Origin: Cyanophora paradoxa CCMP329
Lineage: Eukaryota; Plantae; Glaucophyta
Assembly: GCA_004431415.1 (NCBI GenBank)
Contig: QPMI01000535.1
Span: forward strand, 1-64,000
DNA: 64,000 bases
Reading direction: 5' to 3'
Below the pieces are notes generated by a model. It saw only the letters and a program-made list of their open reading frames with translations. It was not told where the DNA came from and did no database searches. Of this stretch, positions 1-13,099 are shown piece after piece; position 1 is the stretch's first letter, and every line of letters begins with the position of its first letter. A program made the position numbers and the translations under genes.

Positions 1-1881
1 TGCCTCGGAATTATGGAAGCAGCCAAAGACGTTTAAGAAACTTGCAATCCTCCTGGACAGCATACAGCGTTTCTTTGAGAAGCCCAAGCGGTGCCTAGGA
101 ATCTGCACAGGGTGTGGTTCCGACGACCTTGAGGCCATTCATTTTGACTGGGTCCACCTTATCTTGAAGACGGCGCCTCGCCGTCTTATTCTGGACGACA
201 AGGCAAGCGCAAGCCTTCGCGCCACACCGTGAAACGGAGGAAATAGCCAGCATCGAGCCGTATCGAACTCTGTTACCAACGCAGGTATTCGGGGGCCCGT
301 TCAGTAAGTCCAAATTCGCTACGTATTCGTTTACGTAATCCATTCAGAACCAGAAGCTGACAAACAGTTTTTTCATAATTTGCAGCTTTCGTGACTGCGG
401 GCCTGATGACACGTCATTTGGACGGTCGAAGAGCTATGTGTCGACCAAGAAACCATCATGTTTCAAGAAGCTGCGGTTCCTTCTCCTACTGGCTTTCAGT
501 GCCAAGAAATCATATCAAAGGATGTCTAACAAGCGAAGGCCTAGAGCTGAAAACCCCAGGATCTTTCGTCCAGCGCCCGCGTCCATGATTTTTCATGTGC
601 ACGACCTGCCACTATTTATATTCGAGCAGCCTGATTTGGATTGCAGATATCTGACGAGCCTCGGACATCCAAATGACTCGTCAATGGCCCCACCGGCCGG
701 CTCTTGGTATTGCATCATACGGCGGGGGAATGCACGGAGGAGCTCCATGTCGATTCACAGAACTCGCATCCGCCCAGCTTCGCATCAGTCGTCCAGTTCT
801 TCTGCTCTCCCGACTCGTGCTGTCTCAAACATATTTCGTTATCAATTGCATCATTAAGAGCGACAGCACGATATAATAAGATGAACGGTATCTAAGCAAT
901 TCACGCAAACGTTGCGCTTCACGCTGGAGGACGGGCGTGATTACGAGCAATCTTATCAGCAGCGCGGAAGTGTCAATCTCTTATCACGCTGGACCTGTGG
1001 CATGCACAGTTCCACATGCAACCGTGGCACAGCTCCGTAAATTATCACCGAATCGTCTCGCGGAACTCGCAAAACATTACGATTCAGAGCCTTCGCGAGC
1101 TGATCCTTCCGCTTGCACCCTCTGACGTCATGGAGCACAAGTCTTACGTGTCGAGCGCAACTGGCTGGTCACCTCCATCACGAAGATCGCTTCGCAGTGC
1201 TCATCTCTGGAAACCCTCCGCCTGGTTGGAGTGACTGGCTATGAACAGCGAACAGATGCAATGCGCGCAATCCCAGAATATGTTGCTCAGTTGTGGTCGG
1301 GCGTTCGAGAAGGCGCCATCCTTAGAAAGCTGCATCTTGTAGAATCTACTTGCGCAACGAAGTTGTCTTCGACCGGGCACTTGGAGAGAGAATAAGGTGT
1401 ATTGTTAACCTCCTCGCCAGCTACATGAGCTTAATAAGAAGTTCGTCTGCACCTCTCTTTCGCAGACGTTCTTTTTTGCAGTTTCCAGATTGTGGTGCCA
1501 TAAATGAGCTTCCTGCTGCGCAGATGGCACTCATGATTTCTGGTGCTCAAACCGATGTCAACTACGACGCAACGCGTGCCCTAGGAACACTCAACCAGCA
1601 ATTGCAAGCACGTCCTTCGACGTTCTTGAACAGCGCTTGCGTCACTTCTCGATCATGTGCGCCAGAAGAACGCTCTGATCAAAGCACAGAGCGATAATGT
1701 CGACAATGAGATCAAGACGATAAAAATCGTATCTTAGAGATGCAGTCCTCTCGAAATGCATATTATCGTGTAATCGATCATGCAATTGTCAATCATTTCA
1801 GCTAGACAGTCACTCGAAGTGAACAATTCATACATGAGAGCACGAACATGCAAACGCAATTCCAGCCACGGCCATGGCTAG

Positions 1882-2492
1882 TCAAGCTCTATCACTGCGT
1901 CCGGATCCGCCAGGAAAGGTACATGCTCGACGGCCGATCAACTGTATTCCTCGTAATGTAAACAGATCATCGGGGATGCCCTGCGCCTTGACGCTGTGCA
2001 CGCGCACCCGTGAATTCGCGAGATCCGCAGCAGAAATCACGTACGTATACGACGCAAAGATCGCTTGCACCAACGACTGGAAGGTTCGGCTTGCTGGGTC
2101 GTACCAATGCACCGCCAGAGTGCCGCGGTCATCCACATGCGTACTGCAGTGCAGCTCCAAGAACGCCAGGTCCAGTAGCTCGCTCTTTCACGCATTCGAG
2201 TCCGAAGCACGGATGTGACTCGCACAGGCCTGCGCATGCGCTGTGAGATCACGCACACTAGCAGAAGCACGATGCAACCGGCATGCACCTGTCATTGAAG
2301 TGACGCGTAGCGGGCAGGCCGGCAGTCGCGAGAACGCGCACCTCGACAGTTTTAGAGCTGCCCTCGTTCTCGGGCACCTGCTTCTTTGACGGTCGGGCTC
2401 CGGCTCTGACTTCCGCTTTCTGAAGCTTTGGTAGGCATTTTCTTCTGAGGAATCGATCCGTTTACTTTCGCGCCTTTGTTTGTCTTCGCCAT
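1882..2492 (-). pseudogene. H3-tail-like family copy A (diverged tail MAKTNKGAKVNGSIPQKKMPTKAS)
   Basis: Family motifs WYDPASRTFQSL, IPDDLF; frameshifted. Confidence 0.55.
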
Positions 2493-3809
2493 TAGAGCGA
2501 GCGCGCCTCGAAACTTCCGAGAGTCGCAGATCCTGTCGGAAAACTGGAAACTGGGAGTCGCGCTCCTCGAGCTCGCGCCGCGCTGCCTGTGCAGACGCTA
2601 GATGCTGATCTTGGTCTCGTCGGGACGGCCCGGACGGCCCGGATGGACTAGTGGGTACACGTGCGCTCAATGCCGCAGCAGTCTCGAAGCTTTCAGGCGG
2701 TGACCGGTGGTCGGAGATCGAGCTAGAGCGCGTAAAACAGCTAGCCGGAGGCTTAGCCATCGCCGGCAGCCTCGCTGACGTGGACTCGGGCGCCGCGTGG
2801 CCTGTCATGATCAACGGCGCTGAACGTTGAACGTTGATAGATATAGCCGTCGACTTCGGCATTCGGAATGTGCACGCCCCTTCGTGCTCTGCCTTTACAG
2901 TCGCCGCTGGAACTCATGCGGGCTTGTTCCCTGCAGGCCTAGGTCGTCCGTTCTCCGATCCTCGCAGATGGCCTCCGCGAAGGCAGCGAAGCGCCGGCGG
3001 ATATGCAATGTGATGATTCAGATCCGAAGCCCTCTCCTGTAGTTTTAAAGAAGCGCATACGGCGGCAAAGACAGCTGCAGTGTGTGACCCAGAGCCCTCT
3101 TCTGAGTTGGAGAGCTGGCACAGTCAAGGCGCGCCGAAGATCGTTAGCGCAGATCTAGTTCGGCATCAGCTCAGCTTCAGCTGCAGCCGGGATTTGTGGC
3201 TGTCATCGAGCGCAATCGAGAGCGCGCTCGTTTGCATCCGCCGCGGCGGCCAAGGAGGCAGTCACACAGAATTGGTTCATCGCACATCCGCTCGCCCTCC
3301 ACGACGCTGATCCTACATAGAAGCGTTACTCGAGCACTTGAATGGCACCAGCACACGCGCTCTCGTCCCGTCAACAACCGACGACACTGGACACTCTTGG
3401 TTATCGACGGCAAGTCTGCAGATACTACGACAGCATGGCGCGAAGGCTCCGCGCAAGCTCGCAAGAATTCTCTTGAAACATGAAATTGACGTCATCCAAT
3501 CGGTACAGCGAGCAGTGCAGCATGACGGCCATCAGGTTAGTGCTGTTTTCACTCCCGCCCGTGGCCAGTGCAACGGCTGACCACGCTCGCTAGTGCGGGA
3601 TCTGGTTGCTGGACTTCGCAGAGCGCGAAATGCGAGGCAACCCTCTAGATCTAGATTTAGATGGAGACTACATAGAGCGCCGTAGGAGAGAATTTGAGGC
3701 GCTCGTGTTGCACTACAGCGCTGGCAATTAGGCGCTCCTGTTGTATCCGTGCCGCCGCGTATACGTATAATACATCCGCGTATTTTTGGCTACGAAATCC
3801 GGACTAGGA

Positions 3810-4454
3810 AGGGAGCCGGCACTTGCAACTATTCTGATTGATCGCCAGGAAAGGTACATGCTCGACTTCCGGGATGATATCCCTCCTCGCGACGTAATAC
3901 AGATCTCCCGGGATGCCCCGGACTCGACGCCTGTGCACGCGCACCGTGAATTCGCGAGATCCGCATCAGAAATCACCGTAAGACGCAACAATCGCTTGCA
4001 CCGGAAGCTCGAAGTACCAGCCTGCTTGGTCGTACCGAGATCGATACAGCACCAGCTCCTCGAGGTGCACATGCGTACTGCAGTGCAGCTCCTCGAACGC
4101 CAGGTCCAGTAGCTCGCTCTTCCACGCATTCGAGTCCGAAGCACGGATCGTGACTCGCACAGGCCCTGCGCATGCGCTGTTGAGTTCACGGCACACTGGC
4201 AGAGCAACGGTGAATCGGTGTACATTTGCACCTGTCATTGCAGTGACGCGTAGCGGGGCAGGCCGGCAGTCGCCGAGAATGTGTACGTCAACAAAGCTGC
4301 CTTCGTTCTCGGGCCGGTCGTGGCGCGTAAAGAGCATTCAGTGCTTCCGACTCCGCGACCTGCTCCGCTGTCGGCGCCGCGGCCGCTGTGCGAGGTTCTT
4401 TCGAGGAGCTTTTCCGCCTGTAGACATACGCGCTCTCTCTTTCACTTTCGCCAT
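3810..4454 (-). CDS. H3-tail-like family copy B with K9M tail (frameshifted in this assembly)
   Basis: [22 protein letters not shown] then PTAEQVAESEAL, ILGDCRP, GPVRVTI in shifted frames. Confidence 0.6.
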
Positions 4455-5189
4455 CCAGCAGCTTCGAGTTGTGGCAGCACTGCACGCCAAGCGGCTTTTT
4501 TGCCGGCCGCGGTAAGTTCGGCACTCCCCCCCTTCTCTTCCCCCCCCTCCTTCCTCTATGACCGTGGCCTGAGTATGCACTGTGTGGAAGCTTCCCGATT
4601 AAATCGTATTTGAACAGCAGGTTCAGTGCAATACTGAAATTCAATTGTGATTTAAACGAAGATCACACGTCTAAATATTGAGCACGCCTTCGAACAGGCG
4701 CTGGAATTCAGCATCCTCCAGGTCGTCGATTTTTGCTGATCACAATATCAGCATCGGAGTAAATAAAAATGCATCCGAGGGGAACCGCCATACCTCGCAG
4801 TGTCGCAATTTCAGCTGACATTTACAAAGAATCGCGAACGAGGTGTAAACATAAATGTACCGCGACGTTCATAAAATCATCGGGAGGAAAACCGCCGTAC
4901 CACGAAGCGTCGTGACTTCATCTAAGATACCCATACTCAAGGCCGGAAATTGAATGTACCGCGAAGGAGTGAGATAGCGTACCACGAAGAGCTTTCTTCT
5001 GAGATTGGAGACCCGCATTCATAGCTGCAGTCATTATCAGTCACTCAGAAATCCCAATTCCGAGAAAACGGCGAAGTGGAAACCGGTCAGCCGCTGCAGT
5101 TGCGCTTGGGAGCTGCATTCACAGCTACACGCACGGGAACGGTCAAATCGAGACCTAAATCGAAAAGCAGTCTAAAAAACACCATTGGT

Positions 5190-5835
5190 CCGCTGCAGCT
5201 GGGCGACCAGGGAAGCATTCTCATTCTGGATGCCTGCAGACGTTTCAAACGAAGAATGAAAGAAGGCGCCCCCGAGCAATTTGACCTTTCAGCCACTGCA
5301 GTTGGGCGACCAGGGAAGCATTCTCATTCTGGACGCCTGCAGACGTTTCAAGAGGAGACTGGAAGAAGGCGCCCCTGAGCGATTCGACCTTGCAGCCGCT
5401 GCAGTTGGGCGAGCAGGGAAGCATTCTCATTCTGGATGCCTGCAGACGTTTCGAACGAAGAATGAAAGAAGGCGCCCCTGAGCGATTTGACCTTGCAGCC
5501 GTTGCAGCTGGGCGAGCAGGGAAGCATTCTCATTCTGGACGCCTGCAGACGTTTCAAAAGAAGAATGAACGAAGGCGCCCTGAGCGATTTGACCTTGCAG
5601 CCGTTGCAGCTGGGCGAGCAGGGAAGCATTTTCATGCTGGACGCCTGCAGACGTTTCAAAAGAAGAATGAACGAAGGCGCCCCTGAGCGATTCGACCTTG
5701 CAGCCGTTGCAGCTGGGCGAGCAGGGAAGCATTCTCATTCTGGAGGCCTGCAGACGTTTCAAAAGAAGAATGAACGAAGGCGCCCCTGAGCGATTCGACC
5801 TTGCAGCCGCTGCAGCTGGGCGACCAGGAAAGCGT
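5190..5835. repeat. Tandem repeat, ~103-bp unit, ~6 copies
   Basis: GCAGCTGGGCGAGCAGGGAAGCATTCTCATTCTGGA recurs every 102-103 bp. Confidence 0.9.
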
Positions 5836-6378
5836 TTTCCTTGCAGCCGCTGCAGTCGGGGGCTGCAGCGGGGGATTACGCGCGGATACTAATTAACTGA
5901 AAGCAGTTATAGCTGAACGCAAAAAAGGCATTTACCGTCGACGCGCTCTTTCGCTTGTCGAAGTAAGGCGTTATCATCCTGAAGTGATTTCACCTGCTGC
6001 TGCAAGCATCGAATCTCCTCCGGATCCCGAAGTTCGGCATTCTGAGAACCGGTACCTGCGAGCCGGAATTCAACTTATCCGAGGGATAGATAGACTGTCT
6101 TTCATCGTGTCACCAGTGTGTTTGTGACAGCCTCCATAGGTTGAAGACCATTCCGACTGGAGATTTGAGGCACCTTGCGCTGGGACGAATGAAATGGGAG
6201 GGAAAGGTTTGTTCGAAGCATCCTTTTCTTTTTGCATCGAAGGTGTCAGTGTCGGAGCGGATGCATCTTTTCCACCGTCGACGCATTCAGACTTGCTCAG
6301 CTCCAGAGCAACACGTGCATCCTGCGATTATAATTAACAGCAGAACAGCCGGGTTGAAAAAGCAGAAGTAAAGCAAGC

Positions 6379-7050
6379 TCACCTCTTTATCACAGACGTC
6401 GAGGACAAACCTCCTGCTCGTCTCCGGATACTAAACGATAGCGGAAGTTTGCGAGAGCGATAGATAGTGATAGCGAAAACTTTGCAGAAGTCAGCTTCAA
6501 CCCCACCCTTTTTAAAATGACTTTGATAATCCCGATGCCTGTTTCCAATTCCCGAAAAGCGAAGGCCAGCCTCGTCTCGTCCACTTCGGCGCTGTCCCAG
6601 CCAGTCCGAAGAATCTGAAATCCTCAGGTTTCTCGAACGCCTTACGCAAAATTCCGTAGAAAGATCCTGGATTCCGGATTTGAGACCTTTTTGTCTTCTG
6701 TCTTTCTGCAAGGTTCCGTCCAGCTTCGCTGCGGTGGCTAGGTCGTCGATTTCGATCGCCCGAAGTGACGGCCACTGGATATCAAGAGTTTTACGAATCC
6801 TTTCGACGTGCTCCGTGCTGTTACTCCACACCCCGCAGTAGACGATGCTTGGATCAAACAGAGGCACCAAAGTTGCTCTGTGGTTGTCCGATGCGAGGAA
6901 GGTACTGTCAATGCATATCCGGAAATTGGGTGACGCGATTCCAAGGAACGATATTCCCTGCTCCTTCGGCGAACCGAAAAGCCACTTCGGACGAATGAAG
7001 AGCGGAGTGTTCTTCGAATCCAAAAGGAGGGCTCTGAACGTGTTCTCAAC
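6379..7050 (-). CDS. Exon(s) of an unknown gene divergent from copy C
   Basis: Long ORF of globular composition after a CAG acceptor; no recognised motif. Confidence 0.35.
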   Translation of the reverse strand, partial: VENTFRALLLDSKNTPLFIRPKWLFGSPKEQGISFLGIASPNFRICIDSTFLASDNHRATLVPLFDPSIVYCGVWSNSTEHVERIRKTLDIQWPSLRAIEIDDLATAAKLDGTLQKDRRQKGLKSGIQDLSTEFCVRRSRNLRISDSSDWLGQRRSGRDEAGLRFSGIGNRHRDYQSHFKKGGVEADFCKVFAITIYRSRKLPLSFSIRRRAGGLSSTSVIKR

Positions 7051-7665
7051 CTGTTGCACACTCAGCTGCAAGTCCACGTGCATTCACACAGCACAGGCAC
7101 GGGCGCACATCTGCAAGTGCGTGGGCTCGAGTGAACAGCCTTTGCGTGTGCATTACTGCGGGAGCTTCTCGCTTCTCCCCAAGTACCCGCTTGAGCTCGG
7201 AGTTGCAAGAGGTTTCGGCCGAGGTTTCGACCTGCGTGTGCCGCGCTGCGTTCAAATGGTTGATTCCACGGATCTGCAGGTTTGCCTACCTCTACTTGTG
7301 AGAACCGGAGCTTTAAACCCGAGGTGCTCCGCTGCAGGGCGCTCCGGACGAGGTTTTGACCTGCGTATGCGGCAGTGCGTTCAAATGGTTGATTCCACGG
7401 TTCGGGCGGGTTTGCATACCTCTAAATTTGCGTACTGGAGCTTTCCTCGCGTCTTCGCTCCAAGTGTCCCGGCGACTTTGCCCGGCGACTTTGCCGGGGG
7501 AACTACTTTGCCGGGGGGTACCCGTCCGACCACTGCACCAGCAAGGCTCCAAAAGCGGCACCCAGCAGATTGAGTAGATCGAGTCTGGCGCTCATGATTT
7601 CATGCCTGCGCATGCCTGCGCGCAGTAGATCACGGTGCGCCTGCGCATTCCTGCGGATTTCGAAC

Positions 7666-8297
7666 ATGCAGCGCGGCGACGAAGCAGCAGCAAGCAGCAA
7701 GCAGCTCGCTTCCAAAGCTTCACGGAAGTCAGCAGCGACAGAGTCCCGACAGCCGACAGCAGAGCAGATCGCAGAGTCGGAAGCGCTGATTGCTCTATTC
7801 ACGCCGCGACCGCGGCTCGAGAACGAGGGCAGCTCTATCGAGGTTCGCGTTCTCGGTGACTGCCGGCCTTCCCCGCTACGCGTCACTTCAATGACAGGTC
7901 CAACCCGGTTGCATCTTTGCCTCGCAACAGCCCTAATCGCAACAGCGCAGGGCCTGTGCGAGTCACGATAGATATTTCAAACTTTCGAATGTCGTGGCAG
8001 AGAGTTCTTCGGGCCCGTGCGTACATGGACCTGAACTGTCATGCGTACGTAATCGATTTCCGCACTTTGGATCTGTATCGGTATGACCCAGCTAGCCGGT
8101 GCTTCGAGCCGCTGGTGCAAGCGATCTTTGCTTCTTACCTCGATTTCTGATCCGGTATTCGCGAATTCACGCGAACATGTGCACAGGCGTCGAGTCCGCT
8201 GGGGCCATTCGCGGATGACCTGGTCTACGTGGCGAGGAATTCGGTAATACCGGATGTCGAGCACGCGCCCTTCCTGGCGACCGTTTCCGGATCCTAG
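7666..8297 (+). CDS. H3-tail-like family copy C, two introns, apparently intact
   Basis: KQLASKASRKSA; GT..CCTAAT..CGCAG and GTGCAAG..GCACAG introns give one ORF ending HAPFLATVSGS*. Confidence 0.65.
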
Positions 8298-8625
8298 CCA
8301 GTGCCAAGGCCCCTAGCGGCCCGACAGCTGCATCTTATTGGAATTCATGGCCGCCGACGCCATGCACGATATTTGAACAGGGAATGCTGTACTTCGTTTT
8401 GTCAATTCGAATTTTCGTCGCGATTTAATGTATCCGCATTGATTTCGCGAAGGTCGCGAAGCGCTTCATCCACGGACGGATGAAGAGGATCGCGAACGCG
8501 GAAACCACCATCACAGAGCTGAATCGCGAACGAAGTCACGGTCAGTATGCCCAGGGGGTAATCCCACCGGGGGGTAAACATTAAGGCATTGGGGTTAACG
8601 TTGCGGCCGCGCATCTCTAGAAGCA

Positions 8626-9265
8626 ATGTCAAGCAAAGCTCCCCGCAAAGTTCTCGGCACTAGACCCAGACCAAAGAAAGCACCGCCTACTTCACGATTC
8701 GTACCCGATCCAGAGCCAACAGCGGAGCAGGTCGCAGAGTCGGAAGCGCTGATTGCTCTATACACGCCGCGACGTTTACCGCGGCTCGAGAACGAGCTCG
8801 AGGGCAGCTCTGTCGAGGTGCGCGTTCTCGGGGACTGCCGCCCTTCTCGGCCACGCGTCACTGAAATGACAGGTGCACATGTGTCCGGTTCATCGTTGCT
8901 CTGCCAGTGCGCCCTAATTGCAACCGCGCAGGGCCTGTGCGAATCAAGCTGTATGTTTCAAAGACGTGGGAGAAAGATCTTCTGGCCCAAGCGTACCGGG
9001 AATTGCGCTGCACACCGGTGCCCATTGATCGCCGCGAGCTGTCGCTCTATCGGTACGACCCAGCTAGCCGGTGCTTCGAGCCGCTGGTGCAAGCGATCTT
9101 TGCTTCTTACCTCGATTTCTGATGCGGCATTCCCGAATTCACGCGTGCATGCGCACAGGCGTCGAGTCCAGGGCCATCCCGGATGACCTGTTCTACGTGG
9201 CAATGAAGGAAATCATCCCGGAAGTCGAGCATGCACCCTTCCTGGCAACCGTTACAGGATCCTAG
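8626..9265 (+). CDS. H3-tail-like family copy D
   Basis: MSSKAPRKVLGT; same exon/intron layout. Confidence 0.6.
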
Positions 9266-9649
9266 CCAGTGTCAAGGCCCCTAGCGGTCCGACAGCTGCA
9301 TCTTATTCGAATTGCACGCCGGCGCCATGCACGCTAGCGGTGGCCGCCGGCGCCATGCAAGCTAGCCGAACAGAGATTCTTGTGCACAGAGATTGGTAGC
9401 AGTATTGTCTTCTCGAATTCGAATTCAGAGCGCCTTGGGGCATGGCTGCCGCGGCCGCGATCGCATAAATCGAAGAGTTGGAATTCTCCAGAGAACTATG
9501 TATGCGAAAACCATCGAAGAGTTAAAGTTTCCGAATACAATTACGTGCCCCCCCTGCCCCGGCCCGTTGAGGTTGGTTCCGAGGTTGAGGTGCTCAAGCT
9601 TCAGCTGCAGTATACTATTGCGTGCTTGTTCAAAGGTACATGCAAGATG

Positions 9650-10546
9650 TCAAAAGTCATGCAAAATGTGCTTGCGTGCTTGTTCAGTGGCCTGCTTTTC
9701 TTTCAGGCGCTTGGAAATGTCCCTAAAGAACTCGAGGTCGCTGTTGCTGAGGCAGAGTCCGCAGAGGTCGCGAAGCGCTTCATCCACGGACGGATGAAGA
9801 GGATCGCAAACGCGGAAACCACCATCACAGAGCTGAAACATGCGCAGCGGGCTCTTCACCACTTGAAAACCTTCGAGGGTGACCATACAGATGTCCTCCC
9901 AGAGTCCCCCTGTGCTCATGATCATGATCACTGGCTCTGTGAAAGCAAAATTTCTCGGGGTAAATTAAAACAGAAGGCCATGCGCACTGTTCAGGTCCAG
10001 ATTCCCCTCCCCCTCCGACGGCAGAGATTCAATCAGGGTGGTGCAGTAATTCGTGTCCTCACCTTCTCCTTCGCGATCGCTGTCCTCGCCCGACTGGGGG
10101 AGGATGTCGAAGGCCCGCGACTGCCGGTGGAGCTTGGCAATCCGAAGCGCCAAATTAGCGAAGGGCCGAACGTCCATAGGGAGTTCGTGCAAAGTGCTGG
10201 CACTTTCGATACCCAGGATGATGGCGCATATGCACAGTGGGGATGATGGGTTCTCGACACAGGTACGACACGGAACCTCCTTTGGCCGCTCTTCCACTTC
10301 TTCGTCGTCGCTGAGAGCTCTTGCGTCGTTCTTGGCGGCTGCAGCCCGCTCCTCAGCCTTCCGCAGACGTCGATGAATCTCCGCCACCGCTTCCGCTGAC
10401 GCTTGCTTCTCGAGCTGCCGCCGCGACGCCTCATCTCGCGCACGTTTCTCCGCACGCGCCGGGCCGCTTTCCTCCGTCTCAAGCTCATAATCAACCTCCT
10501 GTTCGCTCTCTTCGAGTTTGCGTTTCGTCTCCTCGTGTGCATTCAT
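9650..10546 (-). CDS. Multi-exon hypothetical gene divergent from copy E
   Basis: Starts MNAHEETKRKLEES; paralogous start MDAHEETKREFEES at 14033; fragment duplicated at ~8450-8525. Confidence 0.45.
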
Positions 10547-10560
10547 CCTGAGAGACGCTA

Positions 10561-10865
10561 CTGTCAAGGGAGGCCGCACGGACGCACGCGCAAGGCCGCT
10601 ATATATGGGTGCGCATGCGGAAAGAAGGCATCCGGCGCACCTTTTCGAGCGCCACGTGCCACGCTTCCACGCCGACAGCACTTTGACCGCTTGCCCCGCC
10701 GACAGCACTTCGGACGCTAGCAGAACACAGCTCCAGATCCGGCGCTCCGGAAACCGCGACAGTGCTCCGGCGACTTTGCCCCGGCGACTTTGCCCCGGCG
10801 GCTTTGCCCGGGGGAACTTCCTGCCGGGGGTACTCGTTCGACCACGCACCAGCAAGGCTCCAAAG
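10561..10865. repeat. Conserved ~300-bp intergenic block (candidate bidirectional promoter)
   Basis: Near-identical copies at ~14049-14355 and ~16736-17030, partial at ~7466-7556; repeated GACTTTGCCCCGGC. Confidence 0.75.
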
Positions 10866-10907
10866 ACGGCGGCGCTCGGTTCGCTCGCTGTCGGACTGCG
10901 TTCCAGA

Positions 10908-11537
10908 ATGCAGAAAGTACCTCGAAAACAGCTCGCTACCAAAGCTGCAAGGAAGTCAGGAGTGACAGCGGGACAGCTGCGCATGCCGCCGACAGCAGAG
11001 CAGATCGCAGAGTCGGAAGTGCTGATTGCTCTATACGCGCCACGACCGCGGCTCGTGCACGGGGGCAGCTCAGTCGAGGTGCGGGTTCTCGGTGACTGCC
11101 GGCCTTCCCCGCTACGCGTCACTGAAAAGACGGGTGCACACGTGCAATTGCAACCCGGCATCGTTGCCCCTGATTGTGTGCCCTGATCTCAACAGGCAGG
11201 GCCAGTGCGCGTCAGGATAGATGTTTCTATGTCGTGGCAGACAGACCTTCTGATCCAGGCTTACTTCGACCTGGACTGCGAATGCAACTCTGTAGGCAAT
11301 GTTAGCGGGCTTGCGCTCTATTGGTACGATCCAGAAAGCCGTTGCTTCGAGCCGCCGGTGCAAGCGATCTTTGCTTCTTACCTTGATTTCTGATGCGGCA
11401 TTCCCGAATTCACGCGTGCATGTGCACAGGCGTCGAGTACAGGGCCATTCCCGGATGATTTGTTCTACGTCGCGAGGCATGAGGTGGTCCCGAAAATCGA
11501 GCACGTGCCCTTCCTGGCGACCGTTTCCGGATCCTAG
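10908..11537 (+). CDS. H3-tail-like family copy E
   Basis: KVPRKQLATKAARKS, 14/15 identical to H3 K14-S28; same layout. Confidence 0.65.
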
Positions 11538-12441
11538 CCAGTGCAAATCCCTAGGACCTAGTACGGGTCCGCAGCTGCATCTTATTCGTGGTCGCCGACG
11601 CCATGCGCACTAGCCAAACACAGATTCTTCTGCACAGAGATTGCTGTATTGTTTTCTCGAATTCGAATTCTGAGTAGCAGGAGACGTGAACTATATAGTA
11701 GTCATGCTGGTCGCATTCGTCTCGGATCCAAGTCGAAGCCGGCGCCGTAGTGCAGCACGAATTTTGGAAATCCGAAACTTTACACAACGATTCAAATATA
11801 TTTAACACATCATATTACACAACAAATCTACGACACGAACAGGATACCACTACGTATACACTCGGGCTACCAAGCCTTACCTAAGTTCTACATTACAAAT
11901 TCTACCTGTACCGTTTCCTAGGAGCCTTACCTCCGCGGCCGGATCTTTAACAAGCTGCATGTCTGCGTGCATATGTACCTGACCTTCTGATTGCTATAAC
12001 TATTCTAGCAATAGAGTTTTGGGGAGGCAAGGAAATGCTTAAGTCCGGATGGTAATAGTCTATTGGAAAGATATACCGTCTGTAAGCTTCGCTCTAGATC
12101 TGTTCGCTGGCTATATTTATCGAGATTCCTGGTAGTGTACGTACTGCATAAGAGGGAACAGCGAATAGAAACCCTGCGTATACATTCAATTAATTCATGT
12201 GTTGATTAACGTGCAATGGTTTTTACCTGCATGCGACACCAACATGTGCTTCTCGTCTTGTGCTGGTGCACGTGGAGCAGTTCTTGACGAGAGAGCTGTG
12301 TAATTCAAACTACTTTGTTTCAAGGCTCTCGAAGAACTTGGGATTGCGCTCTCGCATTTCGCAAACTGCAAGTGCATTTCGCAGAGATTATAAGGATTAG
12401 CAGAACGGACTCAATAACATATGTATGTGTGCGCACGATTT

Positions 12442-12673
12442 AGCTGGAAACTCAATCAATACCCTGGATCCGAATATACCGGTATCGATGCCGAACACAT
12501 CACTGCGCGCGATATTTAGATCTTGAGTGTACCATGCACAAGAATGTCACGATGGGTTTTCTGTGCTGCCTTCACATAAGCCATGCCAGCTGCAGACGCT
12601 CGCGATTGAGCTGGAAACTCAATCAATACCCTGGATCCGAATATACCGGTATCGATGCCGAACACATCACTGC
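12442..12673. repeat. Exact 65-bp direct repeat (12442-12506, 12609-12673)
   Basis: AGCTGGAAACTCAATC...CACATCACTGC twice. Confidence 0.85.
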
Positions 12674-13099
12674 AAGTGACACATAGCTAATCCCGGATAC
12701 CCTCGCACCAGGAATCCATTTGGACACTTTCACCCTGGTTCGAACATCTTGGCGAGCTTGGTTCTGGTTTGGTTTTTGATCTGTTTCTCCTCAATTCTGG
12801 TTTGACCGCAAAACTGCATGTGCATGCACCTGTCATCGAAGATGCCGGTTGTCGACTTGTCGGCTCCCTTGTGGGCAGCGGCAACCCATGAATGTACGCG
12901 TGGAGAGCTTCATGTAGCTCAGCGATGGCGCTTTCTCGCCTAAAGCGCGCGCCTGCCATTTGAGCGTCGTCAACTGCTAATGTCGACTCCGGCGATAGGC
13001 GAGGCGGAGGCGTGCACTATTTAATTGAAGTCAGGGTTTCAGAGCTACTGAGGTAGCGCATTACATGTCGGCGCCGTAGTGCATAACGAGTGCCTGCCC

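Noticed and set aside
1-1750. Possible fragmented gene or transposase
   Set aside because: Short protein-like stretches only; no motif I could support
5190-5835. CRISPR-like array or repeat-protein ORFs
   Set aside because: Units are contiguous with no unique spacers; a ~103-bp period is not a multiple of 3; no cas genes
10908-10965. Canonical histone H3 gene
   Set aside because: Similarity stops at S28; no KPHRYRPG or histone fold follows in any copy
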